From Candidatus Moraniibacteriota bacterium (GTDB lineage: Bacteria > Patescibacteriota > Minisyncoccia > Moranbacterales > UBA1568), in assembly GCA_049287005.1 (NCBI GenBank), contig JBAQEZ010000003.1, positions 693,143 through 757,142 of the forward strand: a stretch of 64,000 nt of DNA, written 5' to 3'. Below are positions 15,210-24,493 of the stretch, piece by piece. A model generated the notes under the pieces. The model ran no database searches, was not told the origin of the DNA, and saw only the letters and a program-made list of their open reading frames with translations. Positions within the stretch are counted from its first letter, which is position 1; the number at the start of each line of letters is the position of its first letter. The translations under genes were made by a program, and so were the position numbers.

Positions 15210-16952
15210 TTATTTAGGAGGCGTGGCTGCTTCTGCCGGGATGAACTCGACTTGAGCTTCCCGACTCTTTGCATCATTTTCACGGACCTTCTTACCGAGC
15301 TCGACACGAACGAACGCGCCGACGGTTGTCAGGTCACGAGCGGAGAGCGGCTTATTGAGATCACTCACGCCAATCGGCAGAGTGACTTGCGGGCCGAACA
15401 TCAGCCACTCGTTGTAACGGATCTCATACGTACCACGGAGCCAATCTTGCTTGTCCCAATTGGTACGCGCCCATCCGCCGATCACTCGCTGACGCCACGC
15501 GTTGTCCTGCGAGAGTTTCGTCTCGTAGAACCCGGAGAGGCTCATCGAACCGCGATCTTGCACCGGCTGTGCTGTCCAGGTCGAGCTGACTGTCTGTCCA
15601 TAGGACTTCCAGTATTCACCGATCACTCCAGCCAGGTCGCCCTCGCTATTGAGCTTTTCGGTATAGCCGACGTAGGCGCCGACCTTTTGACCCTTTTGCG
15701 TGAAAGAGTAGCCGGAATCTGGATTTTCGCCCCACGACTTGTCGCGGAGCCACCTGAGTTTCAGATCAAGCGTCGAGAGACGGTTCCGATCATTCACCCA
15801 GTTGCGCTGCGCACCGACCTGCACTCCGACACCATATTCTTGGTTACGGAACGCGGTACCAATGGATTCGCCGCTGCCATACATCCCGTAGAGACCGGGG
15901 CCAGCTTGCCATGCGCCGTCTTTCCAGACATAGCAGATGGCTTCACCGTACACCCAATTCCCCTCGTACATACGGTTGCCATACAATCCGGCACCCGCCT
16001 GCACTTCGCAGCGTGGCTTGCCAGCGGCTTCTTCCGGCGTTACATGGAACGGAGGGACCATGACTTCCGGTTCTTCCGGTGGCGGGACAGGTTGCGGTTC
16101 CACTGGTGGTTCCTCAACCTTTGGCGGCGGTGTTACTATTGGTGGTGGTTGCGGTGTGCGTGGCGCGACTTCCGTGAGGTTGTCACACTTGTCCAGAATA
16201 ACGACATTCCTGCCGCTCTGCAATTGACACACAAGTCCTGCTTCCGGCTGTTTCCAGACGGCTGTCAGATTCTTGAGCACACTTCCCCTGCCGAAAGCCA
16301 TCCAAGGAAACTTCGTACCGCGAGAAAATTCCTCACGAACGCATTTCCCCTGGTCACGGAGACTGAGGTATTCATCAATCTCGGCCACTGTATAGCCTTG
16401 CCCCGATAAGATCTTGCGATCCTTTTCGGGAGTACGGTACTTGGCATACGGAGCGACTCCCAATCTTGCGATCGGAAGCGACCCGTCGGCTAGACGCCGC
16501 ACCGGCGTGTGAACAATGGTTTTGGCCTCGACACCGAGAGGAACGATGAGTTCCTGTCCGACTCGGACGAGATTACAGTTCTTGAGACTATTCGCCTCGC
16601 ATACTGCTTTCGCTTCCTTGCCGAAAACTCCTTCAAGCGTATCGCCACTGCTGACGACATACTTGCTGATCTCCGGCTTAGAGGGAGCTGCTTCAGCTAT
16701 TTCAGCCTTCTCAGTAGCGACCTTTTCGCTCTCAAGGGATGGCCCTGACACTGGCGATGAGGCCGGTGCCGCTGAAGCGAGTTGCGTAATAGTGGGAATC
16801 GGTGGCGCGAGCGGAGTCGCCGCTGGGTCCTTTTCCTGGGACGAGTAGTCACCAAGAAGAAGAATGCTACCGATAATAAGGAAGAGAACAACCATGGCAA
16901 TAATATACTGCCACCATGGCCGTCTCTTCTTCCATGCTTTAACCTTGGTCAT
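15210..16952 (-). CDS. Membrane-anchored LysM-domain protein with a Pro-rich linker and a C-terminal W/Y/G-rich beta-type domain
   Basis: The ATG at 16950-16952 has a GGAGA Shine-Dalgarno; the ORF-track start at 16985 is a GTG without one. Domain order: TM, LysM-like segment (YVVSSGDTLEGV...VRVGQELIVP), PPPIVTPPPKVEEPPVEPQPVPPPEEPE linker, then an aromatic-rich domain of about 270 aa. Confidence 0.6.
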   Translation of the reverse strand: MTKVKAWKKRRPWWQYIIAMVVLFLIIGSILLLGDYSSQEKDPAATPLAPPIPTITQLASAAPASSPVSGPSLESEKVATEKAEIAEAAPSKPEISKYVVSSGDTLEGVFGKEAKAVCEANSLKNCNLVRVGQELIVPLGVEAKTIVHTPVRRLADGSLPIARLGVAPYAKYRTPEKDRKILSGQGYTVAEIDEYLSLRDQGKCVREEFSRGTKFPWMAFGRGSVLKNLTAVWKQPEAGLVCQLQSGRNVVILDKCDNLTEVAPRTPQPPPIVTPPPKVEEPPVEPQPVPPPEEPEVMVPPFHVTPEEAAGKPRCEVQAGAGLYGNRMYEGNWVYGEAICYVWKDGAWQAGPGLYGMYGSGESIGTAFRNQEYGVGVQVGAQRNWVNDRNRLSTLDLKLRWLRDKSWGENPDSGYSFTQKGQKVGAYVGYTEKLNSEGDLAGVIGEYWKSYGQTVSSTWTAQPVQDRGSMSLSGFYETKLSQDNAWRQRVIGGWARTNWDKQDWLRGTYEIRYNEWLMFGPQVTLPIGVSDLNKPLSARDLTTVGAFVRVELGKKVRENDAKSREAQVEFIPAEAATPPK

Positions 16953-17163
16953 GGTGTTCTCCGGTTGAGTTTTCGAATGGGTCACCGCAAAGCGACCCGG
17001 ATTGAGTTTGCTTCACGATTTCCTCCTACAGCTTGGTTGAAAACCGGCCCTACGAAAGAGCCTCTTGAAAACGTACTTATTGTTAATGATCTTGATGATC
17101 CGAATGGGTCATCTCAACCGCTCTCGACTACAACTATCTCAAGAGCGGGATGACATATCCCAT

Positions 17164-17802
17164 TTATGCTGCGAAAAAACTGGATCGGAATTCTTCTCGT
17201 ACCAAACGCCATGTGAAAATCAAGAAAAATCCCAATATCAGTCCGGCTAGCACGATCAAAGAAAGTTCTGAAGCGGACGGACTTCCCTCGATAATCGGAC
17301 CGGATAGCAACCGCACGCTGACCTTGTCGCCGCCGCTTCCGAACAGCGCGCCGCTCTTTTCATTCAAAACAACAGCTACCGCCTGCGCGATCTTGGACAC
17401 TTCACGTTCGCTCGTCCCAGACAGAGAGACATTGATAAAACCGAGCTCCGGATTTTTTTTCACCTCCAGCATCTTGGACCACTTCTCGAGACGATCTTTC
17501 TTGTCACGCGGCAAAAAATTAACATCCACGCCTCCCGTCTCGACGACTGCACTGATGAAGCTTTCGCTATAGAGGATTTCGCCAAGCACCCGACTCATAT
17601 ATTCAGCCGAACGCGTCGCCGTGTAATAATCCTGCCCCTCTTGCGTGGACGAAATCATGAAATCAGCACTCGCCTTGTATGGCGCCTGCAAAGTAAAAGC
17701 GCCCACGATGCCGATCACTGCGATCACGATGCCGAAAACCAGGCCATGAGACACGCTTTCTTTGACAATACTCCAAAATCCCTTTTTGCGAGCAAAATTC
17801 AT
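17164..17802 (-). CDS. Polysaccharide co-polymerase (Wzz/CpsC-like) protein, paralog 2
   Basis: N-terminal and C-terminal TM segments flank an extracytoplasmic domain. The ATG at 17800-17802 (MNFARKKGFW) is preferred over the far upstream ORF-track start. Confidence 0.55.
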   Translation of the reverse strand: MNFARKKGFWSIVKESVSHGLVFGIVIAVIGIVGAFTLQAPYKASADFMISSTQEGQDYYTATRSAEYMSRVLGEILYSESFISAVVETGGVDVNFLPRDKKDRLEKWSKMLEVKKNPELGFINVSLSGTSEREVSKIAQAVAVVLNEKSGALFGSGGDKVSVRLLSGPIIEGSPSASELSLIVLAGLILGFFLIFTWRLVREEFRSSFFAA

Positions 17803-17910
17803 AGATACGCTATTACAAATAGAAAGAGAGTTGCAGCAACCTTCAAACATGCCACTCTACCAAAAAATGAGGAAAATGTCAACCCCAGTCAATACCCTGG
17901 CAGCGAAAGA

Positions 17911-17940
17911 CAATAAAACCCCTCATGCAAGGGGCTTTAT
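17911..17940 (-). terminator. Intrinsic terminator downstream of rseP
   Basis: Minus strand: aaagccccttgcatgaggggttttattg. Confidence 0.55.
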
Positions 17941-17968
17941 TATCAATTCATCTCAGGAACAATCACCT

Positions 17969-19297
17969 TCAGGAGAAGAAACCACCGATTTTTTGGAGGA
18001 TGCGGAAATGGGAGAAATCCCGTACCGTGATGAACAGCATCAGCAGAAGGAGCAAGATGAATCCCACCTGATGGATCAATCCTTCCGTTCTGCGGCTGAC
18101 CGGGGAGCCCTTCAATTTTTCGATCAGGATGAACAGTATCCGTCCACCGTCGAGCGCGGGAATAGGGAGGATGTTGATGATGCCGAGATTGATCGAGAGG
18201 AGAGCGGCGAACTGCAGGAGATAGACGATACCCAGATCGCTCATCTGCTTGGTCAGATAGACGATGCCCACCGGTCCCGTGATATCGACTGGAGCGCCGG
18301 TCTGCGCTCCGAAGAGGCCGGCGATCATTTTCCCGAAAGCCTGGAGAATCGCGATCGTGATGTTGTACGTCGCTTCGGCGCCATGATAGATCGCTTCATA
18401 CCACGGATAAGAAACGACCGCCGTCTCTGAGAAAGAAATACCCAGAGACCCCTCATTGGGCGGATACTCTGTGCGCGGCACTCCCGAGAGTGTCATGTCC
18501 GTGCCGAGGCGGTTGATCCGTATCTCCAGATTTTTCCCCTTGTGGGCAAAAATGGTATCGGTCACCTGTTTCAGGGAAGTGATCCGCTCTCCGGCTATCA
18601 TCAGCACCTCATCGCCGAGCTGCAATCCCATCTGCTCGGCCGGCGTTCCCTTTTTTACCTCGAGAATCTGTATTTTCGCGTTCGAATACTGCACTCGCTG
18701 ACTTGGATCGATCGGCTGCGGCAAGCCCAGGGTAAATACGATCGATATGAGCACCCATGCGAAAAGAAAATTCATAAACACGCCAGCAGCAAGCACCTTC
18801 ACGCGAATCCAGGCGGATTTCCCTCCGAAGCTGTCCGCTTCCTGATTCTGGCCATCTTCACCCTTAATTTTCACAAAACCACCGAGAGGGAGCCAATTGA
18901 GAGAATAGACCGTTCCGCCAAGAAACTCCTTTTTATGCGCTTCATGCAAATCCTGTTTTTCATTTTCATCATCACCGTCTTCATTGCCCCAAATGATCCT
19001 CCATTTTCTGACTGGCACTGTCTTTTCGGTGATATGTATCTTTTCAGTGATTGTTTCCTCGATAATTTCATCTCCTCCTATTTTTATATCCAGAGTTTTT
19101 ACCTGGATACTTTCAACCTCTGAAACTTTTTCTTTTTCCTTGCCTTGCATGAATTGAATCCCTACGATCCGCGGCGGAAAACCGAAGCCGAATTCATCCG
19201 CTTTGATACCATTGCGGCGTGCCATCAGAAAATGCCCGAGTTCATGCACCAATACCAGCAATCCGAGCAGAACCAGAAAAATAAGGACCGTCAACAT
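17969..19297 (-). CDS. rseP: RseP / site-2 zinc metalloprotease with PDZ domain
   Basis: HELGHFLMAR (HExxH) near the N-terminus, an internal PDZ-like segment, and C-terminal TM segments with LDGG. Confidence 0.85.
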   Translation of the reverse strand: MLTVLIFLVLLGLLVLVHELGHFLMARRNGIKADEFGFGFPPRIVGIQFMQGKEKEKVSEVESIQVKTLDIKIGGDEIIEETITEKIHITEKTVPVRKWRIIWGNEDGDDENEKQDLHEAHKKEFLGGTVYSLNWLPLGGFVKIKGEDGQNQEADSFGGKSAWIRVKVLAAGVFMNFLFAWVLISIVFTLGLPQPIDPSQRVQYSNAKIQILEVKKGTPAEQMGLQLGDEVLMIAGERITSLKQVTDTIFAHKGKNLEIRINRLGTDMTLSGVPRTEYPPNEGSLGISFSETAVVSYPWYEAIYHGAEATYNITIAILQAFGKMIAGLFGAQTGAPVDITGPVGIVYLTKQMSDLGIVYLLQFAALLSINLGIINILPIPALDGGRILFILIEKLKGSPVSRRTEGLIHQVGFILLLLLMLFITVRDFSHFRILQKIGGFFS

Positions 19298-19406
19298 AAT
19301 GGGTAAAATAAGAGATAAATGGTAAGGGATACAGGATGGCTCATGAATACAAGATTGGGATTATTTTTTTATCAATCATCTCTCATCATGTATCATACAT
19401 CTTCTT

Positions 19407-19964
19407 CTACACGGTGAGGATTTCCTCTTCTTTCTTCTTGCGTACTGCTTCTAGCTTCTGGTTGTAGTCATCCACCACTTTCTGCAACTCATCTTTGCCA
19501 AGAAATTTGTCGTCCTCAGAAATCTCACCCGCGCGTTCTTTGTCCTGGATATCTTTCCAGATGCCTTCGCGAATGGTTCGGATAGCGATGCGGCTCTCTT
19601 CGGCCCTGCTGTTGAGCGCCTTCACCAGGTCGCGGCGGCGATCTTCGGTCAATGATGGCAAAATGATACGGATCGCCAGCCCGTCATTGCCCGGATTCAG
19701 CCCCAGGTCAGACTCGCGAATGGCAGCTTCGATCTGAACCAAGCTCCCTTTGTCCCACGGCTGAATGACAATCTGACGTGCTTCCGGTATGGCGATGCTG
19801 GCAATCTGCTTGAGCGGCGTTTTGGTACCGTAATAATCCACGATAAGTCCCTCTACCAACCCCGGATTGGCTCGTCCGGTACGGATCTTGGCAGCTTCGC
19901 TTGCGAAATGTTCCACGGCGTTTGCGAAACTCGACAACTTCTCGGTAATCAATGCTTTTATCAT
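19407..19964 (-). CDS. frr: Ribosome recycling factor
   Basis: MIKALITEKL...AIPEARQIVIQPWDK...LTEDRRRDLVK. The ATG at 19962-19964 lies just past the stop of the upstream gene. Confidence 0.85.
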   Translation of the reverse strand: MIKALITEKLSSFANAVEHFASEAAKIRTGRANPGLVEGLIVDYYGTKTPLKQIASIAIPEARQIVIQPWDKGSLVQIEAAIRESDLGLNPGNDGLAIRIILPSLTEDRRRDLVKALNSRAEESRIAIRTIREGIWKDIQDKERAGEISEDDKFLGKDELQKVVDDYNQKLEAVRKKKEEEILTV

Positions 19965-20025
19965 AGGTGTGTAAATAATAATATTACGAAAGAAATAATG
20001 CGGAAACTTGCCCCCCCTCAGTCCC

Positions 20026-21243
20026 TTACTTGAAAGTCCGGAGTCCAATAAACAGGTATTTCGGATCAAACGGATCATACATGACAAATGATGCCCCGCG
20101 ATCCACATTCAGCCCTGTCGTCATCCAGGTCACCCCCCCATCGAGAGACTTATAAAATGCTTTGCCCGAGACGAACACTATTTCCTGCGAGTCTTTGGGA
20201 TTGACCGCTATCGAACGGATAGGAAATTTTTTCGCGCTCTCAATAATGTTTATCTCATCCCAATATTTCCCGGAATCCACGCTTCTGAAAAATCCCGCGT
20301 TCGTTCCCGCGTAGATGATTCCTGATCGGCTCGGGTCGCTCAGGATAGAGACGATACCTCCCGGCATCTTGTTCTTCTGATTACGTTCACTCAAGTTCTC
20401 GGCCTGTTTCTGCAGCCGCTTCGCCTCGCTTTCGTTGCCTTTCGTTGCCGCTCTAGCAGCTCTGTCCTGAATGGCAATGACTTCCTGTTGTTTGGCTTCC
20501 TCCCAGTCGATCCAGCGCATGCCCCCGTCCGGAGAATAATACAGCTTCTGGTTGAAGACGAGCAAATACGTAGCGAGGCTCTGCGTGGAGTCGAAAGCGA
20601 TATCCGCTACGATACCATCGATTTTATTGCCGATATTCTTCCATGTATTGCCGCTATCGACGCTTTTCACGACTGTCCCCGCGGCCGTACCGGAAAAAAT
20701 GACGTTCCGATCGCGAAAATGCTGCGCGAGCGCCGTGATGGGGGTTTTCTGCCCCGGTTCCGTATACACATCGCTCCACGTCTGGCCACCGTCGTCCGTA
20801 CGGAATATTTTTCCCCAATCGTTCACTATCCCGGCAGCGAACATGCGGTTATCCGGATCGTTCTTATCAAGGATGAAACTGTATATCTTCTTCGGAGGGA
20901 AAGGGATCGGCGTCCACTGTTCACCGCCATTTTCTGTTTTGAAAATCCCGTCATTCACTGAGCCGACATATATTGTCTCCGATTTCTGCGGATGGTACGC
21001 GATGGAAAGGATATCCGCTTTTGTAATGCTCGACTTCTCATCAACTCGTGATTTCACCGCAAAGGTTTTTCCGCCATCCGCGGTTTTCCAGAGACTCCCG
21101 GGCTCTGCTTTGATGGCGAAGGCGCCCGTTTCCGGAGAGGCGACATTTGTCTGACCACCGGAAAACGGCACATTCACCCCTCCCAAGGAACAACCCGAAA
21201 GCAGCAAGGATCCGGCGAGCACTCCGAAAAATTTTTTATTCAT
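20026..21243 (-). CDS. BNR/Asp-box repeat lipoprotein (Ycf48/sortilin-like beta-propeller)
   Basis: MNKKFFGVLAGSLLLSGCS lipobox and at least six S-x-D-x-G-x-T-W repeats. Confidence 0.65.
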   Translation of the reverse strand: MNKKFFGVLAGSLLLSGCSLGGVNVPFSGGQTNVASPETGAFAIKAEPGSLWKTADGGKTFAVKSRVDEKSSITKADILSIAYHPQKSETIYVGSVNDGIFKTENGGEQWTPIPFPPKKIYSFILDKNDPDNRMFAAGIVNDWGKIFRTDDGGQTWSDVYTEPGQKTPITALAQHFRDRNVIFSGTAAGTVVKSVDSGNTWKNIGNKIDGIVADIAFDSTQSLATYLLVFNQKLYYSPDGGMRWIDWEEAKQQEVIAIQDRAARAATKGNESEAKRLQKQAENLSERNQKNKMPGGIVSILSDPSRSGIIYAGTNAGFFRSVDSGKYWDEINIIESAKKFPIRSIAVNPKDSQEIVFVSGKAFYKSLDGGVTWMTTGLNVDRGASFVMYDPFDPKYLFIGLRTFK

Positions 21244-21322
21244 AGAGAAAGAGAAATATATACCTTTCTCACATTCTATCATATTTTGGCAAGAGACGCC
21301 CTTTTTCGTCCAATTCCTCACC

Positions 21323-21359
21323 CCCTACAAAAAGAGTGTCCCTAAGAAGGACGCTCTTT
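21323..21359 (-). terminator. Intrinsic terminator downstream of tRNA-Lys
   Basis: Minus strand: aaagagcgtcccttcttagggacactctttttgt. Confidence 0.55.
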
Positions 21360-21367
21360 CATTACTG

Positions 21368-21440
21368 TGGGTGCGGGGGGAATCGAACCCTCGACCGTTG
21401 GCTTAAAAGGCCACTGCTCTACCGACTGAGCTACGCACCC
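21368..21440 (-). tRNA. tRNA-Lys (anticodon UUU), 73 nt, no encoded CCA
   Basis: GGGTGCGTAGCTCAGTCGGTAGAGCAGTGGCCTTTTAAGCCAACGGTCGAGGGTTCGATTCCCCCCGCACCCA. The 7-bp acceptor stem, D-arm and T-arm are standard; the anticodon loop is CTTTTAA. Confidence 0.85.
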
Positions 21441-21538
21441 GAATATTGTAGACAAAAAAACAAAAGCGTTTTTCAGAATTCAAAACGCGTTGTGATTGTA
21501 ACAAAAAAGTCTTTTATCGTCAATAAAAGCAAAAGCGC

Positions 21539-22855
21539 CTATTTTTTCTTCACTTCTATCAGATCCTTGCCGACAAACGGACGAAGGGCTTCAGGAATAA
21601 CCACGCTCCCATCAGCCCGCTGATAATTCTCAAGAATCGCGATCATGGTTCTGCCAGCAAAAGCTGTCGCATCATTCATGTGGACAAATTCAGCCTGGCC
21701 ATTTCCACGCTTCACTTTTGTGTTCAGCCGCCGCGATTGATAGTCTGTCATCAGATCAGATGTGTGGGTCTCGCGATATTTATCTTGTCCCGGTAGCCAA
21801 GACTCGATATCGATCTGGCGAGCGTCTGGGATTCCCATATCCCCCGTACAAATCTGTACTACCTGATAGGGTATACCGAGCGCCCCTACTAAATATTCCT
21901 GTAACGCCACAAAAAAATCCTGCTCTTGCCGCGACTTTTCTGGCAAAGAAAACGATTCCATTTCCAATTTATCAAACTGATGCACGCGCAAAATCCCTTT
22001 CATATCCTTTCCATATGTTCCAGCCTCTCTTCGAAAAGCTGTCGAAAAGCCAACATACCGCACAGGCAATTCACTTTCTTGAAAAACTTCATCCATATGC
22101 ATCGCACCGAGCGTATGCTCCGCGCTACCGACAAGATACGAATCATCTTCAGAAAAATAGTATCGCTCTTCCTTCGGCTCGATACGCGCCATTTTTTCGA
22201 ATGGCTCTGATTTGATAAATACGGGCGGTATGACAGGAATAAACGGCGTTGGTAAAACATCAAGATTATTTTTCTTGATAATTTCCTCTAATTTTTCTCT
22301 GTTCGTCAGGACGGAAAAAGCAAACTGCATCAAAGCGAATTCCAGAAGCACCAAATCACCCTTTAGATAAGCAAAACGTGAACCGCTTACCTTGGTAGCG
22401 CGTACAGTATCGATGATGTCAAGATCTTCTCCGATCTGAAAATGTTCTTTCGGCTGAAATTCGAACTGGGGTTTGGTTCCAACTTGCCGCACGACGATAT
22501 TCTCGCTTTCATCTTTCCCGATAGGCGTGTCTTCAGACGGGATATTGGGCACCTGTGCCATCAGCGCGTTATATTCATGTTTCACGGCTTCGAGGAAAGG
22601 CTCTCTCTCCTCCAATTTCGTTTTGATTTCTTTCCCCTTGGCAATGATCTCCGCCCGCTCTTCTTCCGTCTTGGCTTGGTGGATCAGATCGTTGATATCG
22701 TTCTTGAGCGACTTGAGCTCCTCGATTTCCTGCAATATCACGCGGCGCTCTTCATCTTTTTTCAAGAGTACCTCAATATCCAAAGCGATATTTTTGTCCA
22801 CGACAGCTTTGACTACTGCGTCTTTATTGTCCCGAATGAATTGGATGTCTAACAT
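21539..22855 (-). CDS. serS: Seryl-tRNA synthetase
   Basis: N-terminal coiled-coil followed by a class II core (FRREAGTYGKDMKGILRVHQF, GRTMIAILENY). Confidence 0.9.
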   Translation of the reverse strand: MLDIQFIRDNKDAVVKAVVDKNIALDIEVLLKKDEERRVILQEIEELKSLKNDINDLIHQAKTEEERAEIIAKGKEIKTKLEEREPFLEAVKHEYNALMAQVPNIPSEDTPIGKDESENIVVRQVGTKPQFEFQPKEHFQIGEDLDIIDTVRATKVSGSRFAYLKGDLVLLEFALMQFAFSVLTNREKLEEIIKKNNLDVLPTPFIPVIPPVFIKSEPFEKMARIEPKEERYYFSEDDSYLVGSAEHTLGAMHMDEVFQESELPVRYVGFSTAFRREAGTYGKDMKGILRVHQFDKLEMESFSLPEKSRQEQDFFVALQEYLVGALGIPYQVVQICTGDMGIPDARQIDIESWLPGQDKYRETHTSDLMTDYQSRRLNTKVKRGNGQAEFVHMNDATAFAGRTMIAILENYQRADGSVVIPEALRPFVGKDLIEVKKK

Positions 22856-22919
22856 AAGAACAGCGTTTAGCGATTAGCTTTGGGTGTGAAATGGTGCGAG
22901 CAAGGAACCAGAGACCTTG

Positions 22920-22993
22920 TGGATGATAGTGGACTCGAACCACTGACCCTTGCAATGTGAATGCAATGCTCTAACCAACTGAGCTAATCATCC
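22920..22993 (-). tRNA. tRNA-Val (anticodon CAC), 74 nt, no encoded CCA
   Basis: GGATGATTAGCTCAGTTGGTTAGAGCATTGCATTCACATTGCAAGGGTCAGTGGTTCGAGTCCACTATCATCCA. The 5' end lies 1 nt after the lysS stop codon. Confidence 0.8.
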
Positions 22994-22994
22994 C

Positions 22995-24458
22995 CTATAC
23001 TTCTTTCATTTTCACTGGTGGGAAAATAACCGTTTCCCGTACCGAACGATTCGTCAAGATCGCGAAGAGGCGTTCGCTCAAACCGAATCCGCACGCCGGC
23101 GGCATGCCGTATTCCAATGCTTGCAAGAAATCTTCATCGAGCATCATGCCTTCGACATCACCCTCTGCGCGCAGCCGCATCTGTTCCTCAAACCGCTGGC
23201 GTTGATCCATCGGGTCATTAAGTTCCGCAAAGCCATTCCCCAATTCGCTTCTGGCCGCGACCGGCTGAAAACGGAGTGTCTTGTGGGCATCACGAGGATC
23301 CCCTTTGGCGAGCGGCGATACTTCCAAGGGAAGCCCCACCAAGAAACAGGGCTGGATCAATTTCTGCCGCACGGTTTTCTTGTACAACGTATCGATCATG
23401 CGACCTTTGCCGGCGGCAGTCTCATATTTGATGCCGAGTTCGTCGGCCTTCTTTTTCAATTCAGCAACGCTGATATCCAGGGACAAATCAATGCCTGTTT
23501 CCTTCTGAAATTCCGTAAAATAATCCACGCGCGGAAACGGCTTGCTCCAATCAAGCGTGTCATCCTCATACTGCGATTGCATCGCATCTCCGACCACGGC
23601 ACGGACGACATCTTTGTAGAGCTTTTCCGTCAGTTCCATCCCCTGTTCCATATTCATATACGCGGCATAGAATTCCATATGGTCGAATTCCTGCAAATGC
23701 TCGCGATCGATGCCTTCGTTGCGGAACACGCGCCCAATTTCGAACACCCGTTCATACCCGCCGACGAGCAAGCGCTTGAGGGACAATTCCAGCGAGATAC
23801 GCAGATAAAAATCCTGATCCAGCGCGTTATGATGCGTCCTAAACGGCTCGGCTTCCGCTCCACCCGGGACATGCTCCAGTACCGGTGTCTGCACTTCCAG
23901 AAAGTTTTCGGCTGTCAGCGTGGCGCGAATCGTCTGCCAAAAAAGATTCTTCTTCACGAAGAGCTCGCGTGTTTCCAGGTTCATCAAAAGATCAAGATAG
24001 CGCCGGCGGAGCAGCTCTTCCTCATCTTTCAGACCGTAGAATTCCGTCGGGATAGGAAGCAGGGATTTCGACAATATTACCCATTTCTCTACACGAATAC
24101 TTTTTTCATCCTGTTTCGTCAAAAATACCGTTCCGGTCATAGAAAGAAAATCGCCCAACTCTATCGTTTCCTTGAACAACGCAAAGGCTGCGTCGCCGAG
24201 CGTTTCCAAAGAAAAAAATCCCTGAATTTTCCCCGCTCCATCCTCGAGATGACAAAACGCGATTTTCCCCATCACGCGGAGCGAACGCACGCGTCCAACG
24301 ACCGACACCTGTTGTTCCGTATCGCTCAAACGCTCAAACTGATCGAGGATCTCCTGGCTCGTATGCGTTCGCAGGGCTGATTCCGGATAGGCTGTACCGA
24401 ACGCCGTCGTCAATTTGGCGAGTTTCTCTTTTTTGGTTGCAATAATATCTTCGCGCAT
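22995..24458 (-). CDS. lysS: Lysyl-tRNA synthetase (class II)
   Basis: 487 aa with an OB-fold N-terminus and a class II core (FRNEGIDREHLQEFDHMEFY, GFGLSERLFAIL). Confidence 0.9.
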   Translation of the reverse strand: MREDIIATKKEKLAKLTTAFGTAYPESALRTHTSQEILDQFERLSDTEQQVSVVGRVRSLRVMGKIAFCHLEDGAGKIQGFFSLETLGDAAFALFKETIELGDFLSMTGTVFLTKQDEKSIRVEKWVILSKSLLPIPTEFYGLKDEEELLRRRYLDLLMNLETRELFVKKNLFWQTIRATLTAENFLEVQTPVLEHVPGGAEAEPFRTHHNALDQDFYLRISLELSLKRLLVGGYERVFEIGRVFRNEGIDREHLQEFDHMEFYAAYMNMEQGMELTEKLYKDVVRAVVGDAMQSQYEDDTLDWSKPFPRVDYFTEFQKETGIDLSLDISVAELKKKADELGIKYETAAGKGRMIDTLYKKTVRQKLIQPCFLVGLPLEVSPLAKGDPRDAHKTLRFQPVAARSELGNGFAELNDPMDQRQRFEEQMRLRAEGDVEGMMLDEDFLQALEYGMPPACGFGLSERLFAILTNRSVRETVIFPPVKMKEV

Positions 24459-24493
24459 ATGGCTTTATGATAGCGTTATTCGAGCATAAAGGC

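Noticed and set aside
15052-15255. 67-aa plus-strand ORF between P2 and the LysM gene
   Set aside because: It has no Shine-Dalgarno, it spans the LysM-gene terminator hairpin, and it overlaps the LysM gene's 3' end. It is more likely noncoding.
16070-16160. Apparent tandem GGT/GGC-rich DNA repeat
   Set aside because: It encodes the Pro-rich PPxP linker of the LysM protein on the minus strand. It is coding periodicity, not a noncoding repeat or CRISPR.
15135-16409. 424-aa plus-strand ORF, and similar long plus-strand ORFs at 23121-24380, 28789-29967, 61165-62076, 32716-33609 and 53318-54414
   Set aside because: Each lies entirely antisense to a well-supported minus-strand gene (the LysM protein, lysS, mreB, rfbB, the ABC exporter, DUF4012). 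They have no Shine-Dalgarno, are low-complexity and Arg/His-rich, and are typical GC-rich shadow ORFs.
16977-17111. 11-mer cgaatgggtca repeated at 16977 and 17101
   Set aside because: 11-mer matches are expected hundreds of times by chance in 64 kb, and there is no extended similarity around them.
22920-22993. Possible tRNA-His with an extra G-1
   Set aside because: Re-folding gives a normal 7-bp acceptor stem starting one base later, and the anticodon is CAC (Val), not GUG.
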